DNA of 64,000 nt from Nannocystis sp. GTDB lineage: Bacteria > Myxococcota_A > Polyangia > Nannocystales > Nannocystaceae. The position numbers were made by a program, and so were the translations under genes. Position 1 is the first letter of the stretch. Every line of letters begins with the position of its first letter. The stretch is taken from NCBI GenBank assembly GCA_016712315.1, contig JADJRG010000022.1, positions 994,522 to 1,058,521 on the forward strand. The letters are read 5' to 3'. The notes below the pieces were generated by a model. It worked only from the letters and a program-made list of their open reading frames with translations, had not been told where the DNA came from and did no database searches. This document shows, in pieces, positions 11,452 to 21,709 of this stretch.

Positions 11452-13740
11452 GTGATATTCACGGACCCGATGGTCCAGCCACCCCCGAGCACGATCCCTC
11501 GCTGGTCCCTCGCCGGCCTCGCCCTCCTCCACGCGGCTGTCTTCGCCGCCGCGGCCAGCGTGCTCCCCTGGGGCGCCCCCACCCCGTTCGCCGCCCTCGC
11601 CACCCTGCTCGCGCTCTTTTTCGCGCTCACCGCCGCCCTCGCCCTCGTCGGCTCGCCGCGCCGCGCCGTCGCCTGGCGCGCCACTGCCTTCGCCAGCCTG
11701 CTCTTCCTCGGCTACCACACCTGGCTGCTGCTCGACAGCGCCACCTACATCGCCGTGCTCTACGGCAGCCTCGGCGAAGGTGTCGCCGCCGGTCTCGCCG
11801 CCGTCTGGGCCAACCTCGTCCTCTTCACCGTGCCGTTTGCGGCATGGGGCATCGCCGTCACCGGCAAGCTCACCAACCCCCGGATCGTCGGCGGCACCAG
11901 CGCAGGAATCGCCCTGCTCGTCGGCGCCGGGCTCTGGCGCACCGCCGCCGCCGCCACCCCCGAGCCGCACCCGTCACCGCTGAGCGACCCCAACCAGCTC
12001 CCTGCCGCCCTCGCCGAGATCGTCGCCGACCTGCCGCCCCCGTTGCCGGACTCGGCAACCGCCTCGCTGATGACCCGCGACCCCGCCCACTGCGACGCCC
12101 CACCGTCACCCGAGCTCGCCACCCTCGTCGTCACCTACCTCCGCCGCTCGGCCCCTCCAGATCCCCAGCCGCACCGCGTCGCCACCCGCTGCGTCCAGGC
12201 CACGCCCGCCGAGCTCCTCCCCGCCCTACGCGCCGCCCTCCACGACGCGGCCACCCGCGCCCCGCTCAAGCTCGACCTCATCACCGCGACCGCCCCCCTC
12301 AGCTCCGCCCACAGCGCCCCCGACGCCTTCGCCGTCCGCCCAGCCCTCGACGGGATCTGCCACCGAGGCCGCTGCTTCATGCCCTGGCAGCTGGTCGCCC
12401 TCGACCACTTCAGCGCCAACGCCCCGCTCGCCTTCATCGACGACTTCCGCTTCGGCGTCGACACCCACCGCCTCGCCCGCGCCTTCGGCCGCCAGCCCGA
12501 CCCAGAGGAGCGGATCCCCCTCGACGGCCTCACCCGCGTCACCACCCGCCCGTTCATGGTCGACCAAGACGGCCACCTCCGCGAGATCCCGCGCATGCGC
12601 GATCCCGAGCGCCCCTTCAACCAGCGCACCGTGCAAGAGGCCATCGATCTCGCCGAGCGCTACATCGTCGCCGCCCAGGCCCCGGACGGCCGCTTCCGCT
12701 ACCTGCAAAACCCCTTCACCGGCCGCGTCTCCTGGCAAGGCTTCGCCGTGCCGCGGCAAGCCGGCACCACCCTCGCCCTCTGCGAAGTCGCCAGCGACAC
12801 CCCGCCGGTCCGCAAGGCCGTCGCCCGCTCCCTCAAGATGCTCGCCAGCCTCGAGCGCCGCGCCCAAGACTTCTCCGCCCTCGCCCAACAGTTCGGCGAC
12901 ACCCCGCCCCGCTTCGCCCCGCTCGGCAACACCGCCCTCTCGCTCATCGCCTTCCTGAGCTGCCGAGACGCCGTCGATCGCCAACACGACCAGCTCATCG
13001 CCCGGCTCGGCCGCTTCCTGCTCGCCCTCCAGCGCCCGGACGGCGGCTTCCACCCCGGCTACAGCCTCCAGAAGGACGAGATCGTGCTCGGCCCCGATCC
13101 TCTGTATGCAGGCGGTCAAGCCGTCTTCGCCCTCACCCTCTTGGAAAAACTCGCCGCCGCCGAGCCAGACGGCCCCTTCCCGCCCCCGGACCAGCTCCGC
13201 GCCGCCGTCGACAAGGCCATGACCTACACCGCCACCCGCTACTGGGCGCACGGCCTCTACGACTTCTTCTTCCTCGAGGAGAACTGGCACTGCCTGGCCG
13301 CTCGCGCCTCCTTGGAGCACCACCCCCACCCCGGCTACGAGCGCTTCTGCCTCGACTACGTCGCCTTCAAGAGCCGCGTCGTCTACGACCAGGACAGCCG
13401 CGTCGATCCCGCCTATCTCGGCGCCTACGGGCTCGGCAACGTCATCCCGCCGCCCAACACCCCCGCCGCCGGCTTCGGCGAGGCCCTCGCCGCCGCCATG
13501 GCGATCCGCGAGGCCCGCGGCCTCCCCCAAGGCGACGATCCAGCGCGAATGGCCAGCGTGCTCGCCTTCCTCGTCCGCCAGCAGTGGCGGCGCGAAGACT
13601 GCTTCGCCTGCGCCCCCGGCGTCGAGGTCGCCGGCGCCTTCTCCGAGTCCGTCTCTGCCCCTGAGATCCGCATCGACTTCGTCCAGCACTCCATGGCCGC
13701 CCTCGGCCACGGCCGCCGCTTCGTCGAGCTCCAGCCCTGA
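11452..13740 (+). CDS. Membrane protein with C-terminal alpha/alpha-toroid (prenyltransferase/squalene-cyclase-like) repeats
   Basis: Four or more N-terminal TM helices; QxxDGGF-type repeats (LQRPDGGFHPGY, QQWRREDCF); domain assignment tentative. Confidence 0.5.
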   Translation: MIFTDPMVQPPPSTIPRWSLAGLALLHAAVFAAAASVLPWGAPTPFAALATLLALFFALTAALALVGSPRRAVAWRATAFASLLFLGYHTWLLLDSATYIAVLYGSLGEGVAAGLAAVWANLVLFTVPFAAWGIAVTGKLTNPRIVGGTSAGIALLVGAGLWRTAAAATPEPHPSPLSDPNQLPAALAEIVADLPPPLPDSATASLMTRDPAHCDAPPSPELATLVVTYLRRSAPPDPQPHRVATRCVQATPAELLPALRAALHDAATRAPLKLDLITATAPLSSAHSAPDAFAVRPALDGICHRGRCFMPWQLVALDHFSANAPLAFIDDFRFGVDTHRLARAFGRQPDPEERIPLDGLTRVTTRPFMVDQDGHLREIPRMRDPERPFNQRTVQEAIDLAERYIVAAQAPDGRFRYLQNPFTGRVSWQGFAVPRQAGTTLALCEVASDTPPVRKAVARSLKMLASLERRAQDFSALAQQFGDTPPRFAPLGNTALSLIAFLSCRDAVDRQHDQLIARLGRFLLALQRPDGGFHPGYSLQKDEIVLGPDPLYAGGQAVFALTLLEKLAAAEPDGPFPPPDQLRAAVDKAMTYTATRYWAHGLYDFFFLEENWHCLAARASLEHHPHPGYERFCLDYVAFKSRVVYDQDSRVDPAYLGAYGLGNVIPPPNTPAAGFGEALAAAMAIREARGLPQGDDPARMASVLAFLVRQQWRREDCFACAPGVEVAGAFSESVSAPEIRIDFVQHSMAALGHGRRFVELQP

Positions 13741-13762
13741 TCCTCCGCCCACCGACCGCGCC

Positions 13763-14239
13763 ATGCAACCCGCGCAGCCCCTCGATCCACGCACCCGCGC
13801 CCACGCCTGGCTGCTCGGCCTCCTTATCCTCGGCGCCGTCGCCATGCCCCTCGCCCGCGGCGTCGACTACGACTCCTTCCCTTGGTCGAGCTACCCGATG
13901 TTCGCCCGCGGCCGGGCCGATGCGACAGGAACCCTCGGACATGTCGTCGCAGCCAGCCCCGACGGTCGCCGCTTCCGCCCGGTCCCGCCCCCGCTGATCG
14001 GCAGCGACGAGGTGCTCCAGGCGCAGGCGACCGTCAGCGCCGCGATCCGCCAGGGGCGCGCCCCCGAGCTCTGCCGCCGCGTCGCCGCTCGCCTCGCGCC
14101 GCTCCCGGCCTGGTCCGACTTCGCCTGGATCGAGGTCAGCAGCGATCGCTACGACGCCCTCCGTTACTTCACCGAGCCGCGAGACACCCGCCCCCTCAGC
14201 CGGGATCACCACGCCCGCTGCCGGATCCATCGGTCCTGA
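13763..14239 (+). CDS. Hypothetical secreted protein
   Basis: N-terminal hydrophobic signal-like segment; no recognisable domain. Confidence 0.4.
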   Translation: MQPAQPLDPRTRAHAWLLGLLILGAVAMPLARGVDYDSFPWSSYPMFARGRADATGTLGHVVAASPDGRRFRPVPPPLIGSDEVLQAQATVSAAIRQGRAPELCRRVAARLAPLPAWSDFAWIEVSSDRYDALRYFTEPRDTRPLSRDHHARCRIHRS

Positions 14240-14253
14240 CGAGAGCGCCCCGT

Positions 14254-15159
14254 ATGCCCCTGCTCCGCCGTCTAGAGCGCGCCTACCTCGCCCCCGCCCC
14301 CGCCGAGCGCCTCGCCGCCCTGCGCCTGCTCGTCGGCGCCTTCGCCCTGATCTTCCTCCTCATCCGCCTCCCACACCTCGCGAGCTTCGGCCACCTCGAC
14401 CCCGCCGGCTTTCGCCCGATCGGCGTCGTCGACCTGCTCACCGGCGCCCCTCCCCCTGATCCGCTCGTGCTCACCCTCGTCGTCGCCGCCGCCCTCAGCG
14501 GCGCCGCCTTCGCCCTGGGCTGGCGCTTCGCCCTCAGCGGCCCCCTCTTCGCCCTCCTCCTCCTCTGGGTGACCACCTACCGCAACTCGTGGGGCATGGT
14601 CTTTCACACGGAGAACCTCATGGTCGTGCACGTGCTCGTGCTCGGCTTCACCCGCAGCGCCGACGCCTGGTCGCTCGACGCGCGCCGCCGCCCGCCACCC
14701 GAACAACAACACCCCCGCTACGGCTGGCCCCTACGCCTCGCCGCCGCGATCACCGCCCTCGCCTACCTACTCGCCGGGATCGCCAAGCTGCGCCACAGCG
14801 GCCTCGACTGGATCACCAGCGACATCCTCCGTAACTACGTCGCCTGGGACAACCTGCGCAAGGCCGAGCTCGGCGACACCTACTCGCGCTTCGGCGCCGC
14901 CCTCTGCCGCCACCCCGCCCTCTTTAAACCGCTCGCCGCCGTCAGCATCGCCTTCGAGCTCTTCGCCCCCCTCGCCCTCTTGAGCCGCCGCCTCGCCGCG
15001 CTCTGGGCCATCGTCGCCTGGAGCTTCCACGTCGGCGTGCTCGCCATCATGTGGATCTTCTTCCCCTACCCCCTGCTCGGCGTCGCCTACGCCCCCTTCT
15101 TCGAGATCGAGCGCCTGCCGTTCTTCCGCCGCCTGCGCCGCCCTCACGGGTCCGCGTAG
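14254..15159 (+). CDS. Integral membrane protein (possibly HTTM-like)
   Basis: ATG 14254 (MPLLRRLERAY...), 6-8 predicted TM helices; earlier part of ORF 13882-15159 is Arg/Pro-rich junk. Confidence 0.5.
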   Translation: MPLLRRLERAYLAPAPAERLAALRLLVGAFALIFLLIRLPHLASFGHLDPAGFRPIGVVDLLTGAPPPDPLVLTLVVAAALSGAAFALGWRFALSGPLFALLLLWVTTYRNSWGMVFHTENLMVVHVLVLGFTRSADAWSLDARRRPPPEQQHPRYGWPLRLAAAITALAYLLAGIAKLRHSGLDWITSDILRNYVAWDNLRKAELGDTYSRFGAALCRHPALFKPLAAVSIAFELFAPLALLSRRLAALWAIVAWSFHVGVLAIMWIFFPYPLLGVAYAPFFEIERLPFFRRLRRPHGSA

Positions 15160-16445
15160 ATCAAGTGCACCCCGCCGGCCAGCGAGTCCGCGACCGCCAG
15201 ATCCAGCGCACCATCCCCGCTCAGATCCGCGATCACCACGTCGACGACCCCCAACCCGAGCCCGATCTCGAGCGTGCGCGGCACCACCTGATCCAGCTCC
15301 GCCACCACGATCGCCGACGCCCGCTCGCGGCTGATCACCACCAGATCGACCCACCCCTGCGCGTCGAGCTGCGCCGCCGCCACCCCGTACAGGCCCCGCC
15401 CCAGCGGCAGCGCCGAGAACGGCTCGAACGTCCCAGAACCTGTCCCTTGGGCCAGCACCAAATAGTCGTCCTCAAAGCTCACCACCGCCACGTCCAGATC
15501 GCCGTCGCCGTCCAGATCTGTCAGCGCCAGCGCCCGCGGATCAGGCCGCAGCGGCATCAGCTCCGCCACCGCGAAGCCGCCCACCCCGTCGCCGATCACC
15601 ACCGCCAGCGCCCCCATCTCCCGCAGCGGCGCCACCACGTCCAGATCCCCGTCGCCGTCCAGATCGCCCAGCGCCACGTCATAGGGCTCGCCCTCGATCG
15701 CGAGCTCGCTCACCGAAGCGATCCCACCCGCCCCGTCGCCGAACGCGAAGAAGATCCCGCCCTCCTCGTCCGCGATCGCCAGATCCTGATCGCCATCACC
15801 GTCCAGATCTCCGCTCGCGATCGCCCGCGGCCGCGCCCCGCCGGCGCCCTGAGCCCCGCCCTCGAAGCTCCGCGGCGCCGCCCCGCTCAGATACCGCACC
15901 AAGTACCCGAACCCTAGCTCCACCATCACGACGTCCAGCCCGCTCAGCCCGTCGAGATCGACGATCGCCAGATCACGCGGTTGCGACACCGCCTCGAGGA
16001 TCGTCGGCCCAGAGAACCCGCCCACCCCGTCGCCGAAGCGCAGAACGATCTGCCGCGGCGAGAAGAGGGCGAACGCCAGATCGTTCGCCCCGTCGTGATC
16101 GAGGTCGCCCACCGCCATCGCCAGCGGATCCGGCCCGATCGGCAACAAGCTCGGGCGTAAGAAGCACAGCTCCCCCGGCGAGTGCACCCCGTCGCCGCAG
16201 AGCTCGACCCCGCCGCTCGACTCGCCCGTGCTCCCGCTCGACTCCCCCGCGCTCCCGCTCGACCCGCTGCTCGTGCCCGACGTCGATCCCCCGCTCGTCC
16301 CCCCGCTCGTACCCGCGCTCGTGCCTGAGCTCGTCGCGCTCGTCGCGTCACCGGCGGAGGAGTCACCCGAACAAGCCAGCGAACCCGCCAACCACAGCCC
16401 GAAGATCGCAGGACACCGGCCCATCCGCAGCAGCATACCCGACAT
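15144..16445 (-). CDS. FG-GAP/VCBS-repeat lipoprotein
   Basis: Lipobox LAGSLACSG, Ser/Gly/Thr linker, repeated DLDGDGDLD / FGDG motifs. Confidence 0.75.
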   Translation of the reverse strand: MSGMLLRMGRCPAIFGLWLAGSLACSGDSSAGDATSATSSGTSAGTSGGTSGGSTSGTSSGSSGSAGESSGSTGESSGGVELCGDGVHSPGELCFLRPSLLPIGPDPLAMAVGDLDHDGANDLAFALFSPRQIVLRFGDGVGGFSGPTILEAVSQPRDLAIVDLDGLSGLDVVMVELGFGYLVRYLSGAAPRSFEGGAQGAGGARPRAIASGDLDGDGDQDLAIADEEGGIFFAFGDGAGGIASVSELAIEGEPYDVALGDLDGDGDLDVVAPLREMGALAVVIGDGVGGFAVAELMPLRPDPRALALTDLDGDGDLDVAVVSFEDDYLVLAQGTGSGTFEPFSALPLGRGLYGVAAAQLDAQGWVDLVVISRERASAIVVAELDQVVPRTLEIGLGLGVVDVVIADLSGDGALDLAVADSLAGGVHLIYADP

Positions 16446-16516
16446 TCGACGACGCTCCGCGACCTTGGCTCACGCCGCTGACCCGCGCAGCCGCCGCTCC
16501 GTTATCCTCTCCCGCC

Positions 16517-17842
16517 TTGCCGCCCCCCCCTGCTCCGCCGAGCCCCGCCCCTGCGATCGGGCTACGCGAGGTCATCCGTGCCTGGTGGCCGCTCGCCGCG
16601 AGCTGGCTCTTGATGGGCAGCGAGCTGCCGATGCTCAGCGCCGTCGTCGCGCGGCTGGACGCCCCCGAGATCCACCTCGCCGCCTACGGAGGCGTCGTCT
16701 TCCCGATCGCGCTGCTCATCGAGGCCCCGATCATCATGATGCTCGCCGCCTCCACCGCCCTCGCCAAGGACCTCGCGGCCTACCGCTCGCTCCGCCGATT
16801 TATGCATCGGATCGCCGCCGGCCTCACCGTCTGCCACGTCCTACTCGCCTTCACCCCCTTGTTTGATCTGTGGATCGTCCGCGCCCTCGACGTCCCCGCC
16901 CCTGTCATTGAGCCGGCCCGCCTCGGCCTCCAGATCATGCTCCCCTGGACCTGGTCGATCGCGATCCGCCGCTTCAACGAAGGCCTCTTGATCCGCGGCG
17001 GCCGCTCTCGCCTCGTCAGCCACGGCGCCGCCCTCCGGATCCTCGCTGGCGCCGCCACCGTGACGATCGGCTACCTGCTCGGCGCCCCGGGCATCGTCGT
17101 CGCCACAGCCACGGTGATCGTTGGAGTTACGACGGGTTGGCTCTTCGCCGCCCTCAAGGTCCGCCCCCTCGTCGCCGCCTTGGACCCTGGAGATCCAGCC
17201 GGCGTCGTCCGCGGCCGCGCCTTCCTCCGCTTCTACCTCCCGCTCGCGCTCGCGCCGCTGGTCACCCTCGTCGTCCAGCCGATCGGCTCCGCTGCGATCA
17301 GCCGGATGCCGCAGCCGCTCGAGTCGCTCGCCACCTGGCCGGTGGTCAGCGGCCTCTTCTTCCTCCTGCAGGGCGCCGGCCTCGCCTACAGCGAGGTCGT
17401 CGTCGCCCTCCTCGAGCGCCCTGGCGCGCCGCCGACCCTCCGCCGCTTCGCCTGGATCCTCTGTGGCGCGCTCATCGCGGTCGTGCTGCTGCTCGCCGCC
17501 ACCCCGCTCGCCGGCTGGTGGTTCGGCGGCCTCATGGGTCTCAGGCCGGAGCTCACCCACCTCGCCCACCTCGCCCTCTGGCTCGGCCTCCCGCTCGCCG
17601 GCGCGCGCGCGCTCCAGAGCTGGTATCAGGGCGTCGTCGTCCACGCCCGCGACACGCGAGCGATCACCGAGTCTGTCCTCATCTTCCTCCTCGTCTGCGC
17701 CAGCGTGCTCCTCCTCGGGGTCCACGACGGCCGCACCCCCGGCCTGCTCGTCGCCTTGCTCGGCTTCTCGGCTGGCCGGCTCGCTGAGACCGCCTGGATG
17801 TGGTGGCGTTCTCGCCCGACTCGCCGCGCCCTAGGCCTCTGA
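16517..17842 (+). CDS. Polytopic membrane protein, possibly MOP-superfamily (MATE/Wzx/MurJ-like) transporter
   Basis: ~12-14 hydrophobic helices over 441 aa; family assignment tentative. Confidence 0.5.
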   Translation: MPPPPAPPSPAPAIGLREVIRAWWPLAASWLLMGSELPMLSAVVARLDAPEIHLAAYGGVVFPIALLIEAPIIMMLAASTALAKDLAAYRSLRRFMHRIAAGLTVCHVLLAFTPLFDLWIVRALDVPAPVIEPARLGLQIMLPWTWSIAIRRFNEGLLIRGGRSRLVSHGAALRILAGAATVTIGYLLGAPGIVVATATVIVGVTTGWLFAALKVRPLVAALDPGDPAGVVRGRAFLRFYLPLALAPLVTLVVQPIGSAAISRMPQPLESLATWPVVSGLFFLLQGAGLAYSEVVVALLERPGAPPTLRRFAWILCGALIAVVLLLAATPLAGWWFGGLMGLRPELTHLAHLALWLGLPLAGARALQSWYQGVVVHARDTRAITESVLIFLLVCASVLLLGVHDGRTPGLLVALLGFSAGRLAETAWMWWRSRPTRRALGL

Positions 17843-17888
17843 ATCGAGCCCCTATCGCGGCCCACGGGCCAACCTTACAACGGGACTC

Positions 17889-18150
17889 ATGCAGATCCGG
17901 CGCGTCCATAACTCACGGCGATCATTCCTAAAAAAAGACGCCATCGCCCTCCTCACCCTGCTCACGGCAGCCAGCGCGTGCGGAGACTCGGGGGCAGGGA
18001 GCGACACCGCGACGACCGCCGCGACCGCAACCACAGCCGATACAACAACCACAACAACCACCGACTCGACCACCACCGAAGGCAGCGGAACCGCCGGCGA
18101 GAGCGAGTCAAGCGCCGTCACCCTCGACATGACCGACCGACCCCCTAAAC
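17889..18150 (+). pseudogene. 3'-truncated lipoprotein gene at the left boundary of the integrase module
   Basis: Signal peptide + lipobox (LLTAASACG) + Thr-rich linker; protein-like sequence stops at ~18150 where the integrase-module end sequence begins. Confidence 0.5.
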
Positions 18151-18206
18151 CATTGATTTTATTAGGTTCTATGCGGCGCGCCCGTGCTCGTGACGCGCCC
18201 GTGCCA

Positions 18207-19307
18207 CTACCCCTCGATGAGGGCGATCGCGGTCCGCAGCGCGCCGGGGGCGAGGTGCATGTAGCGATCGGTCGTGCTCGAGCTCGCGTGCCCCGCGAGC
18301 TCCTGGATCGCCTTCGGTGTCGCTCCGCGCGCGGCGAGCCGCGAGCAGAACGTGTGCCGGAGGATGTGCGTGCCCGTCAGCGGCAGCCCGGCCGCCTTCT
18401 GGGCCTTTGTGACCAGGCCGACGATGACGCGCGACGTCGGCGTGCCCTCGCCCCTGGAGCGCGCGAGCACGCGCGCCTCCACGTCGTCGCTCCGCCGCTT
18501 CAGCTCGCGGAGGAGCTCGCGCAGCCGCGAGGTCATCACCACCTGCCGCGGGCGGTTGCCCTTCGGCAGCCCGACGTGTCCGCACCAGTCGTTCTCCACG
18601 ATGTGCAGAACGCCGCGCTCGACGTCGCAGTGGACGAGGCGCAGTCCCGCGATCTCGCCGCCGCGTAGCCCCGCGTCGCCGCCGAGGAGCACCGCCAGGA
18701 GGCAGCGCTCGTCGACCTCGCCGGCGGCCTTGACGAGGCGCTGGTACGTCACCTCGTCGTAGAAGGCGAAGCGCTGGTCCTGCCGCTTCAGCTTGCGGAT
18801 CTTCGGCATCGCGGGGAGCACCCCCCACTCGACCGCCATCCGCAGCATCGCGCCGAGGACCTCGAGGATCGCGTTGACGCTCGAGATCTTCAGGTGGGCG
18901 TACTTGGCCTTCAGCCGCTGCACGTCGACCTCGTCGATCTGGTCGAGCAGCCGGTCGCCGAGGTTCGGGATCAGGTAGATTCGGATGTACTTCTTGCGGT
19001 TGTGGATCGTGCTCGGCTTCAGCCGGTTGGCGAGGAGATACTCGACGACGAAGCGCTCGCTGAACTCCGCCAGCGTCGGCATCTTCGGCGCCGCCTCGAC
19101 CTCTTCTTCCTCCTTCTCGTGCCCGTGCAGGATCAGCCACCGCTCGCGCTCGCGCGCCCACTTGAGCGCGGCCGCGCGGCTCGTCGCGCCGGGGATCTTC
19201 GATCGCTCGCGGATCTTCCGGCCGTCGATGAGCTTGACGTGGATGTCAGCTTGCCAGGTCACGGTGTTGGTCTCGGGGTAAACCCGCTCTCGGATCTTGA
19301 CGCTCAT
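18207..19307 (-). CDS. int: Tyrosine recombinase / phage-type integrase (copy 1)
   Basis: C-terminal catalytic region HxLRHTF...DRYMHL (R..HxxR..Y); start ATG complement of 19305-19307 (MSVKIRERVY...); 80-90% identical to copy at 48792-49895. Confidence 0.9.
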   Translation of the reverse strand: MSVKIRERVYPETNTVTWQADIHVKLIDGRKIRERSKIPGATSRAAALKWARERERWLILHGHEKEEEEVEAAPKMPTLAEFSERFVVEYLLANRLKPSTIHNRKKYIRIYLIPNLGDRLLDQIDEVDVQRLKAKYAHLKISSVNAILEVLGAMLRMAVEWGVLPAMPKIRKLKRQDQRFAFYDEVTYQRLVKAAGEVDERCLLAVLLGGDAGLRGGEIAGLRLVHCDVERGVLHIVENDWCGHVGLPKGNRPRQVVMTSRLRELLRELKRRSDDVEARVLARSRGEGTPTSRVIVGLVTKAQKAAGLPLTGTHILRHTFCSRLAARGATPKAIQELAGHASSSTTDRYMHLAPGALRTAIALIEG

Positions 19308-19582
19308 TGACTCCTCCTTGAGCGCCCCTCTGTGCCTTCCCGCAGGAACGCTATCACGATCTCGCGCATGAAGTAGAGCCGCCGGCCGACCCGGAGCGAG
19401 CCCGGGAGTTGGCCCCGGTAGACGCGATCGTAGACGGCGCGGCGGGAGCAGTGGAGCCAACCGGCGAGCTCGTCTGGGGTCATCAATGGTGACTCGCGAC
19501 GAGGTTCCGCCGCGGCTTGTCTTCCTCCAACCTGTCCCACCGTCCCCCTCCTCGAGCCGGGGCGAGGCCCGGCATGATCCAA
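19304..19582 (-). CDS. xis: Excisionase/AlpA-family HTH DNA-binding protein (copy 1)
   Basis: LMTPDELAGWLHCSRRAVYDRVYRGQLPGSLRVGRRLYF = Xis/AlpA/MerR-like wHTH; ATGA overlap with int; true start may be ATG at 19483. Confidence 0.7.
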   Translation of the reverse strand: MDHAGPRPGSRRGTVGQVGGRQAAAEPRRESPLMTPDELAGWLHCSRRAVYDRVYRGQLPGSLRVGRRLYFMREIVIAFLREGTEGRSRRSQ

Positions 19583-19738
19583 GGGTACGGAGCGGCCCCC
19601 GGGCCGTCAGCGGGAGAGATCGCTCCGCGAGAGGTGGTGTCCAAAGCGCGACGGCCTCCGGGGCTGGGAACACGCAGGGCGCGCCTTCGTTATTTTTCAT
19701 AACTTGACAATGCCGGCTGGAAAGTATTTCATAACTAT
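19583..19738. promoter_or_regulatory. AT-rich divergent control region of the int/xis module (copy 1)
   Basis: Only AT-rich stretch in the neighbourhood; contains TTTTCATAACT just upstream of the small ORF start, also present upstream of the homologous small ORF in copy 2 (reverse-complement AGTTATGAAAA). Confidence 0.45.
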
Positions 19739-19990
19739 GTGAGCGACCCCACCCCACCTACCGTCACCATCGTCGTCAGCGCCGGCGGCGCCCAGCTCCG
19801 CCTGCGCCTGCCGGCCGCCAACGTCGCCGTCGAGCACCCTGGAAGAGCCTCGGAGGTCGTCCGGGCCGAAACGCGCCGCCAAGCGCCCGATGGACGCTCC
19901 ATCGAGGTCGCCTTTTTGCCCACCGTCGATGTCTTCTTGGGCCAGCTCATCCACTGGCTCCGTGGCCAGGCCACGCGGGGGATCGCATGA
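19739..19990 (+). CDS. Small conserved module protein (copy 1), function unknown
   Basis: GTG start; homologous to the 101-aa ORF at 47929-48231 (LPAANVAVEH~MPALAVNVEP; SIEVAFLPTVDVFLGQLIHWLR~PIEIAVFPSPESFLEQFSDWIR). Confidence 0.55.
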   Translation: MSDPTPPTVTIVVSAGGAQLRLRLPAANVAVEHPGRASEVVRAETRRQAPDGRSIEVAFLPTVDVFLGQLIHWLRGQATRGIA

Positions 19991-20202
19991 CCTCGCTCTC
20001 TCCGCCGCGGCCCCCGGGATCGGCTTCTTCCACGCCCAAGGAGCTCCTGCGTCCGCGCGGCCCCGACCTGCGCGGCCGCACGCTGCTCGATCGCTTCCGC
20101 CTCGACGCTCTGACCGCCTTCGGCGGCATGGCAGATAAGCTTCTGCCACCCGATCCCACAACCCCAACAGACAACCAAAACCGCCGCTCTGAGCCCTTCC
20201 AG

Positions 20203-20228
20203 CCCCCTCTCGGGGGCTTTTTTATTAT
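20203..20228 (+). terminator. Rho-independent terminator-like hairpin
   Basis: AGCCCCCTCTCGGGGGCT followed by TTTTTTATT. Confidence 0.5.
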
Positions 20229-20340
20229 CGCGCACTGTGCGCATGATGCCGCCCGAGTACGCGGGATTTAGCACGGGCGTGGCACCGATACGTCACGGCC
20301 GTCGGCGCGGGTCAGCTCGTCCTGCGCCGGGCTGTGGCAG

Positions 20341-20700
20341 GTGGCCCTCTTCTCGCCGGAGTTCGAGCAGCGCCTCGAGGCCAGCAAGTCGGCCGAGGCC
20401 CGCGCGAGCGAGATGGAGCACGCGATCCGCGACGAGATCCACGTCCACCTCGAGGAGGACCCGGCGTTCTACCGCTCGCTGCGGGAGCGCCTCGAGCAGA
20501 TCGTCGCCGACTACAAGGCCCGCCGGATCGACGCCGCGAAGCAGCGCTCATCGGCATCCTGCGCAACGAGATCCGCGACCGCCGCGTGGTCGCCGAGGAC
20601 TTCGGCCTCACCGACACCGGCCTCGCCATCTACGGCCTGCTCACCACCGAGGCCGTCAAGGACGGCGCCGGCGGTCACCTCGCCCACGTCGCCGCGGGCG
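20341..20700 (+). pseudogene. hsdR: Remnant of a type I restriction enzyme R subunit (HsdR C-terminal domain), frameshifted
   Basis: FSPEFEQRL...EMEHAIRDEI...EDPAFYRSLRERLEQIVADYKARRIDAAKQ then, after a frame change near 20545, EAALIGILRNEIRDRRVVAEDFGLTDTGLAIYGLL; matches the conserved HsdR C-terminus; no helicase/nuclease body present. Confidence 0.55.
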
Positions 20701-21379
20701 AGGCCGGCGAACATCGAACATCGTCACCCCCACCTCAACGCCCACAGCCCGCTGATCGGCTGAAATCCCACGAGTTCGGGCGTCTTGGCGGGGGTGGAGT
20801 TTTCTAAAAAAATGCTGTCGTTCGTTGTCGGTGCTCCGGCCAGGCAACGACCAGGCAAAATCGAGCGGGGCGATCATGGGCCAGGGCGGGCTGCGGCGAA
20901 AGCGAGGCCGCCGTCGACACGCCGACTTTAACGCGCACGCCCGAGCCCTCGGCGGCGAGTCGCTGGTGCGCGCGCTCAGCGCCTCGATGGTAGCGCTCGC
21001 GAGCTCCCGTGTCTTCAAGGTCCCCGCAGACGCAGCGCGAGGCGTGCCGCTGCTGGGCTATGCACTCCTGGCCGCCGCACGTTCTTCTCTTGCCCACGCT
21101 CGCGTTCCTTCTTATCCCCGCCGCGGCCGGGCTCGTGGCATGAGCGCGAGCGGGCACGTCCACATCGGCGCTGCCGAGCGCGAATCGAGGACCCGCGGTC
21201 ATCTCGCCCGCCATGTGGCGCTGGAGGAAGTGCGGGCCGACCGGGTCGTTCTCCACCTTGTCACGGTCCAGGATCGACGTTCCCAACACGATGAGGAGGA
21301 GATCTCCCTCAGTCAAATGTGTGTACGCGCGGGGTTCGTGGGCCCCAAAGGGCATTTTCAACAGCATACTACCGGCCGG

Positions 21380-21709
21380 CCGAAATACCAGACTAGTCGC
21401 GCATATTCACTCATGGGAAAACGTCAATAATCTCAGTAGCTTCATTGAAATTCGCAAATGCCCATGGCGATTACGCGACCGTGACGCAGAGACTCGTGCT
21501 GTGCCTGGTGCAGACAGACCCCCATATGCGCGATAACGGAGGACTTCCTCGCTCTGGCGATGCTCAATCTCCTCTGGTAGCTTGCCGAGACACCGTCACC
21601 TAGCGACACCCAGATAGCTACCGCAGGTAGATGGACTTCGTGCGCGTCTAGTACGACAAGGCCCGGCGTGTGGGCCCGTCGGGGCTTCTTGAGGGTATGG
21701 AGAACGAGC
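21380..21709 (+). promoter_or_regulatory. Lower-G+C upstream region and RBS of tcA
   Basis: Visibly AT-richer 330 bp with no convincing ORF; GGAGAA 3 nt upstream of ATG 21710 (spacing counted from the numbered sequence). Confidence 0.4.

Noticed and set aside
12226-13845. 539-aa minus-strand ORF opposite the 11452-13740 gene
   Set aside because: Gly/Ala/Glu/Asp-rich shadow ORF; the + strand has TM helices and repeat motifs
20804-21430. Overlapping + (201 aa) and - (187 aa) ORFs between the hsdR remnant and tcA
   Set aside because: Neither is convincingly protein-like; only the first ~50 aa of the minus ORF look plausible; probably decayed sequence, so no gene called
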